Assembly: GCA_001662655.1 (NCBI GenBank)
Contig: KV460218.1
DNA: 64,000 nt
From: Pseudogymnoascus verrucosus
Lineage: Eukaryota
Direction: 5' to 3' (one strand)
Position numbers and translations under genes: made by a program. Shown here piece by piece: positions 38,180 through 48,656 of this stretch. The number at the start of each line of letters is the position of its first letter. The stretch's first letter is position 1. The notes under the pieces were generated by a model. It was not told where the DNA came from, searched no databases, and saw nothing but the letters and a program-made list of their open reading frames with translations.

Positions 38180-39832
38180 TCAGCTCGCCGCTCTGGCACC
38201 CCAGATCTGGAGTCTCTTAACACCTCCATCAGGGATCATAACCAGCTTAACATGTGTAAACACCTTCCCCTGCTCCATCGCCACAAACTCATGCAGCGCA
38301 TCCGGCCCTGTCTTACTCTCCGCAACAAGCTCGACCCACCCCCCCTCTTCATTTCCCGGCTCCCCATCCCTCTCCCAATTCAGCCCCTCCACCCTCACCT
38401 TCTGCGGGAAGTTCCCCCTAAAATGCGCCGTATCAACCACAACCCTCTCAATTGTCCCCCTAGCACCAAGTTTAACAATCGCCCAATCAACATGCTCCCC
38501 CCTCGTCCTCCTCGTCTCCCACCCATCACCCATATCCATCCCCCGTCCCGGCAACAAAAGGTTCGAAATCACCCCAAAATGCTCATCACTACACGACAAC
38601 GCCACGCCCCCATTCTGCGCCGCAGCGAGATCAAACACTTCCTTTGCATCCATCGGGAAAATCGGCACCGCTTGCCCGAACAGCCGGAATCGCGCGATGC
38701 CGCCATCGGGGTACATGTTAAGCCGAACATGCGTATACGCCTTCCCCGTCGACTCAGCGATCTCCCACCCAAACCGCGCAGAGGGTCCGCACTCCTCGAT
38801 CCCGAGAATAGGCTCCCACTCCCCCCGCCCGCCGGCCCAGGAAACGACTTCCTCGTCGGAGGGGGAGAATACGCCTTCGACGGAGATCTCGGGCGCGTTG
38901 TTGCCGGTGAAGAAGGCGGTGTCGATTTCGATGCCGGTGATTGTGCCGGAGGCGACGCCGAGACGGATGATGGCCCAGTCGAAGGGGGAGGGGTTGTGGC
39001 GCCGCGTTTCCCAGCCGTCGAACCAGGCGCCGGTGTAGACCATTTTGCCGGCTTCGTGGATGGGGGTTTGGGGGTTGAGGAGGTTGGTGGAGGGGGCGAA
39101 GTATTCATCGGAGCAGGCGAGGATTTTGCCGCCGAGGGTGGAGGAAATGAGGTCTGGGATGTTAGTTTTGAGCAGGTGTGAGGGTTGGGTGTGTAGCAAA
39201 GTGAGGGGTGGGATTGAGTGTCTCCATTGTCATGATCGAGTCTCATAAGCCAGAAATGAGTGTACATGGTCGGGAGTTCTCATAAGTGAGTCTGTAGCCA
39301 TGGAGTTCTCATATCTAGAAACGAGTCTCTAGCCATGGATGGGCAGCCGTAGCTAGAGCAAGCAGCTAACTATAGCCCCTCCTCCCACGCAGCCCAATCA
39401 CCCCGCCATGGAAGCCTTCGGGCTGCGGGTTATAAGGCAGGAACGAAGCAGAAAGCAGGCAGCCGTGCCTGCCACCTGATATTTCTTTTGGTCTGCAGCC
39501 TATAAGGCAGGAACGAAGCAGAAATCACTAGTCGTGCCTGCCATCTGCTATTTCCTTTGGCCCTGAGGATTATAAGGTAGGAAAGAACTAGAAAACACTA
39601 GTCGTGCCTGCCATTCGCTCTTTCCCTCATCGAACCATCGTAACAGACCGGGAAGGAACGAAGGCGAAGAGGGATTGGGGAACGGGGGGAAGGAACGATG
39701 AAGTAAGAGCGCGGGGTAGTAAGACAATCAAAACACACCGATGTTACCCGCCTTGAGGGTCTCATTGATCTTCTCAGCCGGGACGGAGGTGGCAGCCACC
39801 CTCTCAACTTCATATGGGCGTGGGCCAGACAT
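38180..39832 (-). CDS. DAL2: Allantoicase
   Basis: Exon 1 (39832-39739, MSGPRPYEVERVAATSVPAEKINETLKAGNI) joined over a 585-nt intron to two allantoicase repeats: CSDEYF..DGWETRRHN..DTAFFTGN..YPDGGIARFRLFG and SDEHFG..DGWETRR..DTAHFRGNFP..IPDGGVKRL. Confidence 0.93.
39238..39340. repeat. Three degenerate 29-37 bp repeats (GAGT(T)CTCATA...GAGT...CATG) in the DAL2 intron
   Basis: gagtctcataagccagaaatgagtgtacatg / gagttctcataagtgagtctgtagccatg / gagttctcatatctagaaacgagtctctagccatg. Confidence 0.7.
39431..39613. repeat. 70-bp tandem repeat x2.6 with an internal inverted repeat, in the DAL2 intron
   Basis: Units start with TATAAGG at 39431, 39501 and 39571. Units 1-2 carry GGCAGGAACG...CGTGCCTGCC; unit 3 has a diverged left arm (GGTAGGAAAG). 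Confidence 0.9.
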
Positions 39833-40139
39833 GTTGGGTATGGATATGGGTATATATTGTAAAATAGCAGGTAAATTCGTTATAATCGTCCCAATCTTCT
39901 CTCCGTGTCTGTATTATTCTCCTACAACCCCTTTTCAAGGCGGCAGATATGCCCTCCTTATATACACCATCACCCCACGGGCGACGGCAACAGACAATTC
40001 GCCCATCGCACATGACAAAACTGACCTTCCCCTGAGTCGCTGTCTCTCTCTCGTCGGCCCTGCAATTTCGAAGGTACGACGACAAACCCGTGACTTTCGG
40101 CGCCAGCGACTGGTCAATTGGAACGGGAGAGAAGGCTAT

Positions 40140-41011
40140 CAGGTGTTAGCGTCAGGTAATTCTCAGGTGATAGCGTGGAACTTCAACCCGGATTATCCCT
40201 GATCCGTAGATTCTCGTGACTTTGGCTAGTTTTTGGTTATCTTTTCAGGTGATAGCGTGGTACCTGAGTGGGATTTTACTGTTTCTGGTCATGGATAAGG
40301 AGGATAAAGAGGATGAAAGGTAGTATCCCTCAGGTGAGCACTGAGTTTCTATAAGGTGAGCAGCCGAAGCCAGCAACTGCAATTCCGTCATGTGACCACA
40401 GAGTTTCTCTCCATTCTTCAATATCAATATCGACGTAATAGAACGTAATAGATTTCTCTACTTAAGCTCACGTGTTGATACTTTTCTCAACTCACGTGCT
40501 TCTAGACTGCTTTAAGACAGATGCATGTTTGTGAGCTGTAAGCCATCCTGTGAGAGATCTAGACCGCCATGCTCGAGTATAACCTCCATAATGAGGCATG
40601 ACTCGCATAGCCATGAATATAAATGTATAAGTATAATCAATTCCCTCTGTATATGTATATATCTTATCATATTTAAATGCCGTATTATCACTTTGATCAC
40701 AACCATGTGTAGAGTTACTTGTAGTGTTACTCAAGAATACTATGCCTATACCGTTCTCCAGTGTCACCATTAATGTCTCACCACATAAAATCCCCCCTAT
40801 TCTGTAACTCCGATTCTACCCTTCCCATGATTCACATTATTCAGATTTATTCCCAATTTTGAAACTATTGATCCCCTTTGCATATTTGTACAACGAGGGG
40901 GCGTTCGGCTTACCGCCCTCCTGCATTTCCCATCCTGCATCCCCTGACCGCCTTTCGATAAGCCGACCCGACCTTATCTTATCGCTGCCCACAACAAATT
41001 TCGACTGACTC
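40140..41011. promoter_or_regulatory. DAL2/ARG1 divergent promoter with GATA, TGACTC (Gcn4/CpcA-type) and CACGTG motifs
   Basis: TCAGGTGATAGCGTGG duplicated (40163, 40245); GATAA/CTTATC sites near 40293, 40303 and 40973-40983; TGACTC at 40599 and 41006; CTCACGTG cores at 40469 and 40493. Confidence 0.5.
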
Positions 41012-41140
41012 CCCCACAATCCCATCCCACCCGATCCCTTCTCACCCTTCCCCTCCGACTCATACCTCAAACCACCTTTTGTTTATATACTCAATTCCAC
41101 CACAAAACTCCAACAACGCCCCTTACACATAACCAACATC

Positions 41141-43092
41141 ATGGCTTCCAAGGGAAAGGTCTGCCTCGCCTACTCCGGTGGTCTCGACACCTCCACCATT
41201 CTCAAATGGCTGCTCGACCAGAACTATGAGGTCGTCTGCTTCCTCGCCGACGTCGGCCAGGTATGTACAACATCTCCAATCCCCTACCACCTCCATTTTC
41301 ACCAGCAACACCCCCAATTGCAGGCATATACCTTATCAATGGATACGCAATCTAACACCCCACCTAGGAGGAGGACTGGGACCAAGTCCGCTCCAAGGCC
41401 GCCGCCATCGGCGCCACGAAGATGGTCATCACCGACCTGCGCCGCGAGTTCGTCGAGGAGCTCTGCTTCCCCGCCATCCAGTGCAACGCCATATACGAGG
41501 GAAGGTACCTGCTCGGCACCAGCTTGGCCAGGCCCGTCATTGCCAGGGCTCAGATGAAGGTTGCCGCTGAGGAAGGATGTGAGTATTTCCATTCTTGGGT
41601 GAGGGGTAATCTTGAAAAGAGGTGTTTTACTGACTTTTTGTTTTTAGGTCAATTTGTTAGCCACGGGTTAGTGATTCCATGAGTTGGTTACTGAGAGGGG
41701 TACGATGGTGTGGTGGATGTGCTTCTTCTCATAAGTTATTAGATTGCCATCCATTGAGCCATCAATCTTTCCCCAATTACCCCGCAAATGCGTTACACAG
41801 AACTACCAACTAACCACCACCCAGCTGCACCGGAAAGGGCAACGACCAAGTCCGCTTCGAGCTTGCCTTCCTCACCATCGACCCCAAGATCAAGATCATT
41901 GCCCCATGGCGCATGCCCGAGTTCTTCGAGCGCTTCCAGGGCCGCAACGACCTCCTCGACTACGCCGCCTCCACCGGCATCCCAGTCACCTCCACCAAGG
42001 CCAAGCCATACAGCATGGACGACAACATTGCTCACTGCTCCTACGAGAGCGGTCAGCTCGAGGACCCATCCAAGCCACCACCAACTGATATGTGGACTCG
42101 GTGCGTACACCCTTGCGAAAACTCGACGGGGCAATACCCCGCGAAAAAAATACAATTGCTAACTTTTGTAGCACTGATGACCCGATGACGGCACCTGCCA
42201 CCCCACAAGATATCCAGATCCACTTCGAGAAGGGTATCCCCGTCAAGCTCACCACTGAGGGCAAGGAGATCACCGACAGCCTTGAGCTTTTCATCGCTCT
42301 TAACGCTATTGGCAAGCTCCACGGTATCGGCCGTATCGACATCGTCGAGGTTCGTAGCTTGTCTACCCCTGTTATGTGACGATTTCTAACTGATTTTGTG
42401 ATAGAACCGTTACGTCGGCATCAAGTCCCGCGGCTGCTACGATTCCCCAGCTATGACTATCGTACGTCTCATCCTGCCACCCCATCCTCGGAATCTGGGA
42501 CTCTCCCCAGCGTCTACGTACCAAAGCTAACCCCCACCAGCTCCGCGACGCTCATCTCGATATTGAGGGTCTCGTCATGGACGGCAAGGTCCGCGCCCTC
42601 CGCGACCAGTTCGTCACCCACGCCTGGTCTGAGATCCTCTACAACGGTCTCTACTTCTCCCCCGAGCGCGAGTTCGTCCAGAACTCCCTCGTCTTCTCCC
42701 AGAAGAGCGTCGTATGTCTTCCTCGACCCCGCTTGTTCCATTGTGATGGAGAAAAATAAGGAATGTGCTAACATGGGACAATAGAACGGTGAGGTCAGGA
42801 TGCGCTGCTACCGCGGTAACGTCTTCATCCTCGGCCGCTCCTCGGAGACCGAGAAGCTCTACTCGGAGGAGGAGTCCTCCATGGACAGCTTGGTTGACTT
42901 CAGCCCTGTTGATACCAGTATGTCCCCTGCACCCCTATTCCCAACTCCACTTTGGCCCGCACCCCCACCAAGGCCCGATTACACCGCATACTAACACGCC
43001 ATCTAGCCGGATTCATCAACATCAACGCTATCCGCCTCAAGAAATACGGCCAGGCTAAGCTCGAGGCTGGCGAGGGTCTCGGAACGAAATAA
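41141..43092 (+). CDS. ARG1: Argininosuccinate synthase
   Basis: [70 protein letters not shown]; nine exons including a 19-nt micro-exon at 41648-41666. Confidence 0.97.
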
Positions 43093-43480
43093 ATGCTTTC
43101 CCATCCGTCTTAACTCCACTAAGTTGGAGAGGATCAAACAATGGAGAGAGAGACGCTGTTTCGAGCCGTGTAAGGGAGTAGTTACGCAGAAGGGCGTTAT
43201 AGCAAAAAAAAAAGAAGGGAGGAGGGGTTATGAAAATGAAAATGATATAATACCGTGGGACTTTAAAAGTTTGACATGGGATGAGGGAGGGGAAAGGGAG
43301 GTGGGGGAGGGGGAGGTAATAGTAGGTAGGTAGCGAATTCAGGATTTTGGCTGCCATATTTTCTTCATTGAGTGAGTGGTTTATTGCTATGCTAGTGTTG
43401 ATTTCTGCGATCGGTGCATCGTACTGTTGATCTCTGTAATCGTGGTTGCGTATGAGAAGCACCAAGGAGTCCTCAAGGCG

Positions 43481-44182
43481 TCATCTGCGACAAGGTCTGG
43501 CCTGAACTATCCCCCACTTATCCTCTGGAACCCTATCTCTCCTCCCTCCATTGGCATAGCAGGCATTACACCAACACCCAGGCTTCTCCACCTCTCCCCA
43601 TGTCTTACTAAAAAACACTAGACACCCGGTACACACGTATCCCACCCCCCACTCCCGGCCCCCAAAGTTTATCTGCTTCCCCCCTCGGTACTTCCCTCCC
43701 CCAATCCCGCATGGAATACAGAAACGCCCCGCCTTCAATGCGATATCCATAGGTGTCGAACCCTGATACGGGGGGAACTCCGACACGTGTATGACCTTTC
43801 TACGCCACCACTTCATCATATCGGTTGCGAAGAAGAGCGCGGGCCGGATCTTGAGACAGTAGCTGCAGGCAAAGAAGTCGCCCCGGCCGGGCAGTTGGTG
43901 GTGACGCGAGGGTGTGTAGCATGGCCATCGCTCAATGCGTAGGAGGTCGAACATGTCGTACATGTCGTACATTAGGATATTGGGTGAGTATTGGAGATGG
44001 GTCTTGTCGAATGGCCGGTATATGGCTCCGTTGGGTTGGGAGGGGCGGGTTTTGGGTCTTGGGAGAATGGAATATAGCGTTTGACAAGTCACGACGAGGG
44101 CGAGGTGGTCGGGATAGCGGAGGTAGCTTGGTATTTGGAGCAGGAGCTCTGTGGGCAAGTCCAGGAGGACTATTGGTGCCAT
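43481..44182 (-). CDS. F-box + 4xCxxC protein, array copy 1
   Basis: LLDLPTELLLQIPSYL..LALVVTCQTLY; DLLRIERWP; FFACSYCLKIR, RFCIPCG, CTGC, CNAC. Start taken at MAPIV; an in-frame upstream ATG lies at 44218. Confidence 0.8.
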   Translation of the reverse strand: MAPIVLLDLPTELLLQIPSYLRYPDHLALVVTCQTLYSILPRPKTRPSQPNGAIYRPFDKTHLQYSPNILMYDMYDMFDLLRIERWPCYTPSRHHQLPGRGDFFACSYCLKIRPALFFATDMMKWWRRKVIHVSEFPPYQGSTPMDIALKAGRFCIPCGIGGGKYRGGKQINFGGREWGVGYVCTGCLVFFSKTWGEVEKPGCWCNACYANGGRRDRVPEDKWGIVQARPCRR

Positions 44183-44664
44183 TGTTGGTGTGGTGGGAAG
44201 CTGGTAGGCATAGATCATTGATGATGGGACTCAGGATGGAAACAGCATGGTGAATTTATTTCATTAACGCACAAAGACTGAAGCTGGCACGAGGGAACAA
44301 GCAGCGAAGAGTGAAGAATCGCCATATTGTCTCTAAAAACGCCGAGAATGGTCATGAAGAAGTTGAGAGTAAAGAAATGCCCCGAAGCTTCTGTAAACTG
44401 AGAAGAGTGATGAAACGACATGCAGTTTCCCGGCCCCTTTATCTCCCGTCGACAACTTTCCGAAGAAGGCAGAATGTGTTTGCTGTAGGCCTCAAAATAA
44501 TGTTAGTAGCGTTGCATTTAGATTCTGGGTGCGCTACTCACTATCTGGAGAAGGCGATCTAGCCATCTACGAAGTCGGCTGAGACATGGGAAGGGGCTAG
44601 GATGAGGAATTAGTAATGCTTTATGCGAGTAATATCTGCAATGAAAGAGAAGATTTAAAGAGGA

Positions 44665-45255
44665 TCATACAGCTCCTAGGTATATCTTGTAGTCAGATTC
44701 CTGGCGGCAGTATTCACATCTTTTTTCCGTAACCCCATAAGTTTCGAATCTATACTTCTCGCGCTGGAACCCACCACAGGCAGTGCAGAAAAACGCGAAG
44801 CACCCCTTCCACCCCCCGACATGAAATTGTGCCCTCCGCGAATATTTTCCCCATTTGATTCCGCAAGGTATACAGTAGCGCCCCATTCTCGCATCCTTGT
44901 TGGCTTCACCACGTTTCCCGTATCTGCCTTTCATCTTTGCGGTCTCAAAATCCCAGCCGGGGCGAATCCGCACACAGAAGCAGCAAGCGAAGAAGTCATC
45001 TCTGTCTGGCTGCCGCTTTTCGAGAGGTTTGCGATGCGAGGATGCGAATTCAGGCCAAAGTTCGATTTCGAGGAGGTCTTCCATCTTGAATACCCTTTTG
45101 AGTTTTGGGGGTTTGGCAGTTTGATTGGGATCAAGTCTGGCATAGAGCTCACGACAGGTGAATGATAGGGCTAGGTGAGAGCCATAGCTGAGGTCGTTTG
45201 TTATTTGATCGAGCAATTCGAGTGGCAAGCTGAGCAAGGTCGTTGTAGTTGCCAT
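44665..45255 (-). CDS. F-box + 4xCxxC protein, array copy 2
   Basis: LLSLPLELLDQITNDL..LALSFTCRELY; DLLEIELWP; FFACCFCVRIR, RYCIPCG, CTAC, CEYC. Confidence 0.85.
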   Translation of the reverse strand: MATTTTLLSLPLELLDQITNDLSYGSHLALSFTCRELYARLDPNQTAKPPKLKRVFKMEDLLEIELWPEFASSHRKPLEKRQPDRDDFFACCFCVRIRPGWDFETAKMKGRYGKRGEANKDARMGRYCIPCGIKWGKYSRRAQFHVGGWKGCFAFFCTACGGFQREKYRFETYGVTEKRCEYCRQESDYKIYLGAV

Positions 45256-45600
45256 GGTTTGTGAGATTAGTGATGTTGTTGAGAGTATGAAAAAGGACGT
45301 TTGATAACAGGAGTATGAGGGTATGTGATAAACAAACGCTAAAAAGCTAAAAAGAGAGTAAAGAGAATAGGAGTGAATAAACGCCCTGTCGTCTCTATAA
45401 ACCCCGAGAAGACTTATAAAATCTTGTTAGCTTTCTGTCTCTATATTTTCTGTCATCACTAGATGATCTAAGAGAGACGGGAATTCGGGATTATTTATTT
45501 GAGTGTCTAAGGATTTACTATTTGAGGAGAGATCTTGTACTCCGAGCAGCAGTCTCTGGTGATGCTTCATGTGAGTAAATCATTTAAATATCCACTATAT

Positions 45601-46221
45601 CTAAGTAGAAAACGGCTCTTTTTTCTCACTATTGCTTTCCCGACAAGTATCACAAGTAAAATTAACCTTCTCACCCTCAAACCCCGTCCGCTCCAGCACA
45701 AACCCTTCGCACCCAACGCACGTAAACCCATATCCACCCGACATCCCACCAAAAGGATAACTCTTATCTCTAGGATGCATCCTCCCCGCAGCCCCACACG
45801 GGATACAAATGCGCCAGGCGCTCCGATCTCTCCTCCTAGTCTCCTCCTCATCCCTATCGCGTTTCCAGTAAGCGCGGTTAAGATGCCTGTTAGTGAAGTT
45901 GATGGCGGAGAGGATCTTGCAGCAGTAACGGCAGGCGAAGAAGTCGTTTTTGCTGGGCATCTGACGTGAGACACGGTCGCCGCCGAGGGACGGTGCAAAT
46001 TCGGGCCATAACTCTATGGCGAGGAGGTCTTGTATGGTGTAGGGTCTGTCGTTGCCGGTGGAAATGGTGCGTCGTGGTCGTGAATTGGGGTCTTCCACCC
46101 TGGCATGGAGCTCGCGACAGGTGAATGAGAGGGCGAGGTGGGATGGATAGTCGATATAGCTTGTTATTTGGCGGAGGATTTCGGTTGGCAAGTTCAGCAA
46201 GGTTGTTGATGATGTCGCCAT
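45601..46221 (-). CDS. F-box + 4xCxxC protein, array copy 3
   Basis: LLNLPTEILRQITSYI..LALSFTCRELH; DLLAIELWP; FFACRYC, RICIPCG, CVGC, CDTC. Confidence 0.85.
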   Translation of the reverse strand: MATSSTTLLNLPTEILRQITSYIDYPSHLALSFTCRELHARVEDPNSRPRRTISTGNDRPYTIQDLLAIELWPEFAPSLGGDRVSRQMPSKNDFFACRYCCKILSAINFTNRHLNRAYWKRDRDEEETRRRDRSAWRICIPCGAAGRMHPRDKSYPFGGMSGGYGFTCVGCEGFVLERTGFEGEKVNFTCDTCRESNSEKKEPFST

Positions 46222-46299
46222 GGTTTCTGAGATGACGGGTTGATGTGTTCAGAGCATGAATAACGATGCAAGGCAACATATATGAATTAAGAGACGCCC

Positions 46300-46922
46300 T
46301 GCAGCCTTCAACTCGCCTACGCACTTCTCACAAGCCCAGTTCTTCCACCCAAGGAAATGCTGAACAACAAAGTGCTTCTGCATTGGAAAACCCCATTTTC
46401 GTGATTCTCGTCGCAGAAATACAACTAGTTAGCGATCGCACATGGTACGCACAGTTGAAACAGCCTCCATTTTATGATGTACGCATGGTAGTGTTCCGAG
46501 TCTCTGGCATATGGTACACATCGTTGATACAGCCTCCGTTTCATGACGTACGCATCGTAGTCTTCCGAGTCTCTGGAAATGGAAAAGGCATCATCGAATT
46601 TATGTCGGCAGCAAAACTTGACGGAGCAGCGGATTCTCAAACAAATGCTGCAAGCGAGGAAATTCACTTTCCAAAGCTCCTCAAGTGTAAGGTTGGGCGT
46701 TTGGGGAGTGTACTCTGGCCACTTCTATATTTCGAGAAGGTCTTCCATGTTATAGGCCTTTCCGTTAACTGAGGAGTAGGGTGGTCGGCGACGGGTATCG
46801 ACTTTGGTATAGAGCTCTCGGCAAGTGAATGAGAGGGCAATATGTGAGCTGTAACTGAGCTGCTGTGATATTTGATGGAGCAGTTCGACTGGCAAGTTTG
46901 GTAGGGTCGCTGTTGTCGCCAT
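46300..46922 (-). pseudogene. F-box + CxxC protein, array copy 4 (disrupted)
   Basis: F-box, then DLLEI-TAG (46725-46727) where paralogues have Glu. The same frame continues KWPEY..FLACSICLRIR, has a 69-bp internal duplication and a second TAG at 46425-46427; the last CEKC pair lies in another frame. 3' end approximate. Confidence 0.82.
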
Positions 46923-47170
46923 GGTTTGTGAGATGTGAGGTTGATGAATGTGAGGCAGTGTGGTGTCTTTGATAGAGCGACCTTGTATCAGAATTCAGGA
47001 TGATTCCTTAGAAAAGAGATGCAATAGCAGGGCGGGAATTTATTTAATAAACAAACACTAAAAGTCTAACAAAGATCCTGAGAGTGAATAAATGCCCGGT
47101 GCTGCCCTGTTCCATCGCTTTCTGTCTAAATCGTTTACTAACCGCACATTACTATACTATTGTCTCCTGC

Positions 47171-47782
47171 CTATCCTCTGCAGCACGCAGCACAAAGCCA
47201 CAGCCCTTTTGATCCAACCTGAACCACCTCGTAATCACCACACTCCCTGCAAACATTCAGGTGTTCCTCTGGCCGCCCCATCGACTTAAATGTCGATCTG
47301 TGGTGATACCACCCACACTTGATCCCACACGGTATACAGAACCGCCATTCTCTGTGCACTGTGAGGTCAAGGGATGCCCTACCCCTATGCTTGTACCAGG
47401 ATCTGTAGCCCTTCTGTGGGTTGATGAACATGGCAGTTAGGCGGAGTCGGAGGCAGATGCGGCATGCGAACCGGTCGGCTGGTTTAGGGTTCGGAAAACC
47501 GAAATAGGTGTCCCATGAGACGCCGTACTCTGGCCAGTTCTCTATCTCAAGGAGATCGAACATGGTGTATGTTTTGACTTTCGCCTTGGAACGTGGTGGT
47601 CGAGTGTATGGCTGACGAGGGGTATCGACTCTGTGGTACAGCTCGCGACAGGTGAGTGAAAGGGCGAGATGGGAACTGTAGGTGAGATGGTTTGTAATGC
47701 TGCAGAGAATTTCGAAGGGCAAACTGAGGATAGATGTTGACGCCATAGTTTGAGTGGCGGGAGCCTGAGTTGCTGATGGCAT
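47171..47782 (-). CDS. F-box + 4xCxxC protein, array copy 5
   Basis: ILSLPFEILCSITNHL..LALSLTCRELY; DLLEIENWP; RFACRICLRLR, RFCIPCG, CREC, CAAC. The start equivalent to the paralogues is the ATG at 47746. Confidence 0.85.
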   Translation of the reverse strand: MPSATQAPATQTMASTSILSLPFEILCSITNHLTYSSHLALSLTCRELYHRVDTPRQPYTRPPRSKAKVKTYTMFDLLEIENWPEYGVSWDTYFGFPNPKPADRFACRICLRLRLTAMFINPQKGYRSWYKHRGRASLDLTVHREWRFCIPCGIKCGWYHHRSTFKSMGRPEEHLNVCRECGDYEVVQVGSKGLWLCAACCRG

Positions 47783-48656
47783 GATTTGGGCGATGGAAGT
47801 CTGAGATCTGCGATGGCGAGTGCGTAAAGCTCTTTCTTGAATTTTAATTTAAAAGGAGTTTGAAAGCCTGCTTATAGCCTGGGTTGAAGTGTCATCTGCA
47901 GTACAGATCCTCAAAGCAAAATCTTTGAAAGTTAGCTGTTGTTAGTATGAACTACAGGTGACTGTTTTTACCTGGGGATGATAATATCGCGTTGTGAAAG
48001 AGAGGATGTTTAATCTGATGGTGTTGACCAAGAACTTCAGAGTGAGGAAGGGTACATTGAGCGAGGTGAGGAGCAAATCAGTAACTCCAGCAAGATAGTT
48101 GATTGCAATGTTAATGGGATATATTTGTCGCCTTCCTGTTTTCTCTTCCGATCTTGGGTAGTCTCAGAAAGGGTTCGTGTCAGGCCATCCTCATAGAGAA
48201 GCTGCTGATTAGTATTCATTTGAGATGCTCCCTGTGACATTTTGGGCTTGATGTGAGATGTGTGTATAAATTGTATTATCTAAATAATCTATATAATTTA
48301 TTTATATCAATTTGGTACCATGGCAGACGTCATGGGAAAATCATAAGATACTGACGTTTCTCTAAGATCGAGTTATCACATAGCACTTTGATAAATATGA
48401 CGTACGACGGGACGGATAACTTTAAGTCCGTGGCGGAACCCGACCGGACCGCTGTGGGGTAGAAATCGAGAGGGCGGACCCCGCATATGTAACCTTAGTG
48501 TCAATCCTACAACATTCTCCTTCCTATATAGATTAATTGACGCCAACTTCTCCAAATGTGTTGGTTTCCGTCTTACCGAATATCGTTGACATATATTCGA
48601 TATATATATTCCCCGAATATCTCATATATATTTCCATAAACCATACATACACTATC

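Noticed and set aside
38252..39267. Overlapping 309-aa and 232-aa ORFs at DAL2
   Set aside because: Alternative frames kept open by the strong C/G skew.
40800..41140. Arginine attenuator uORF before ARG1
   Set aside because: The attenuator peptide belongs to CPA1/arg-2; no similar peptide is seen here.
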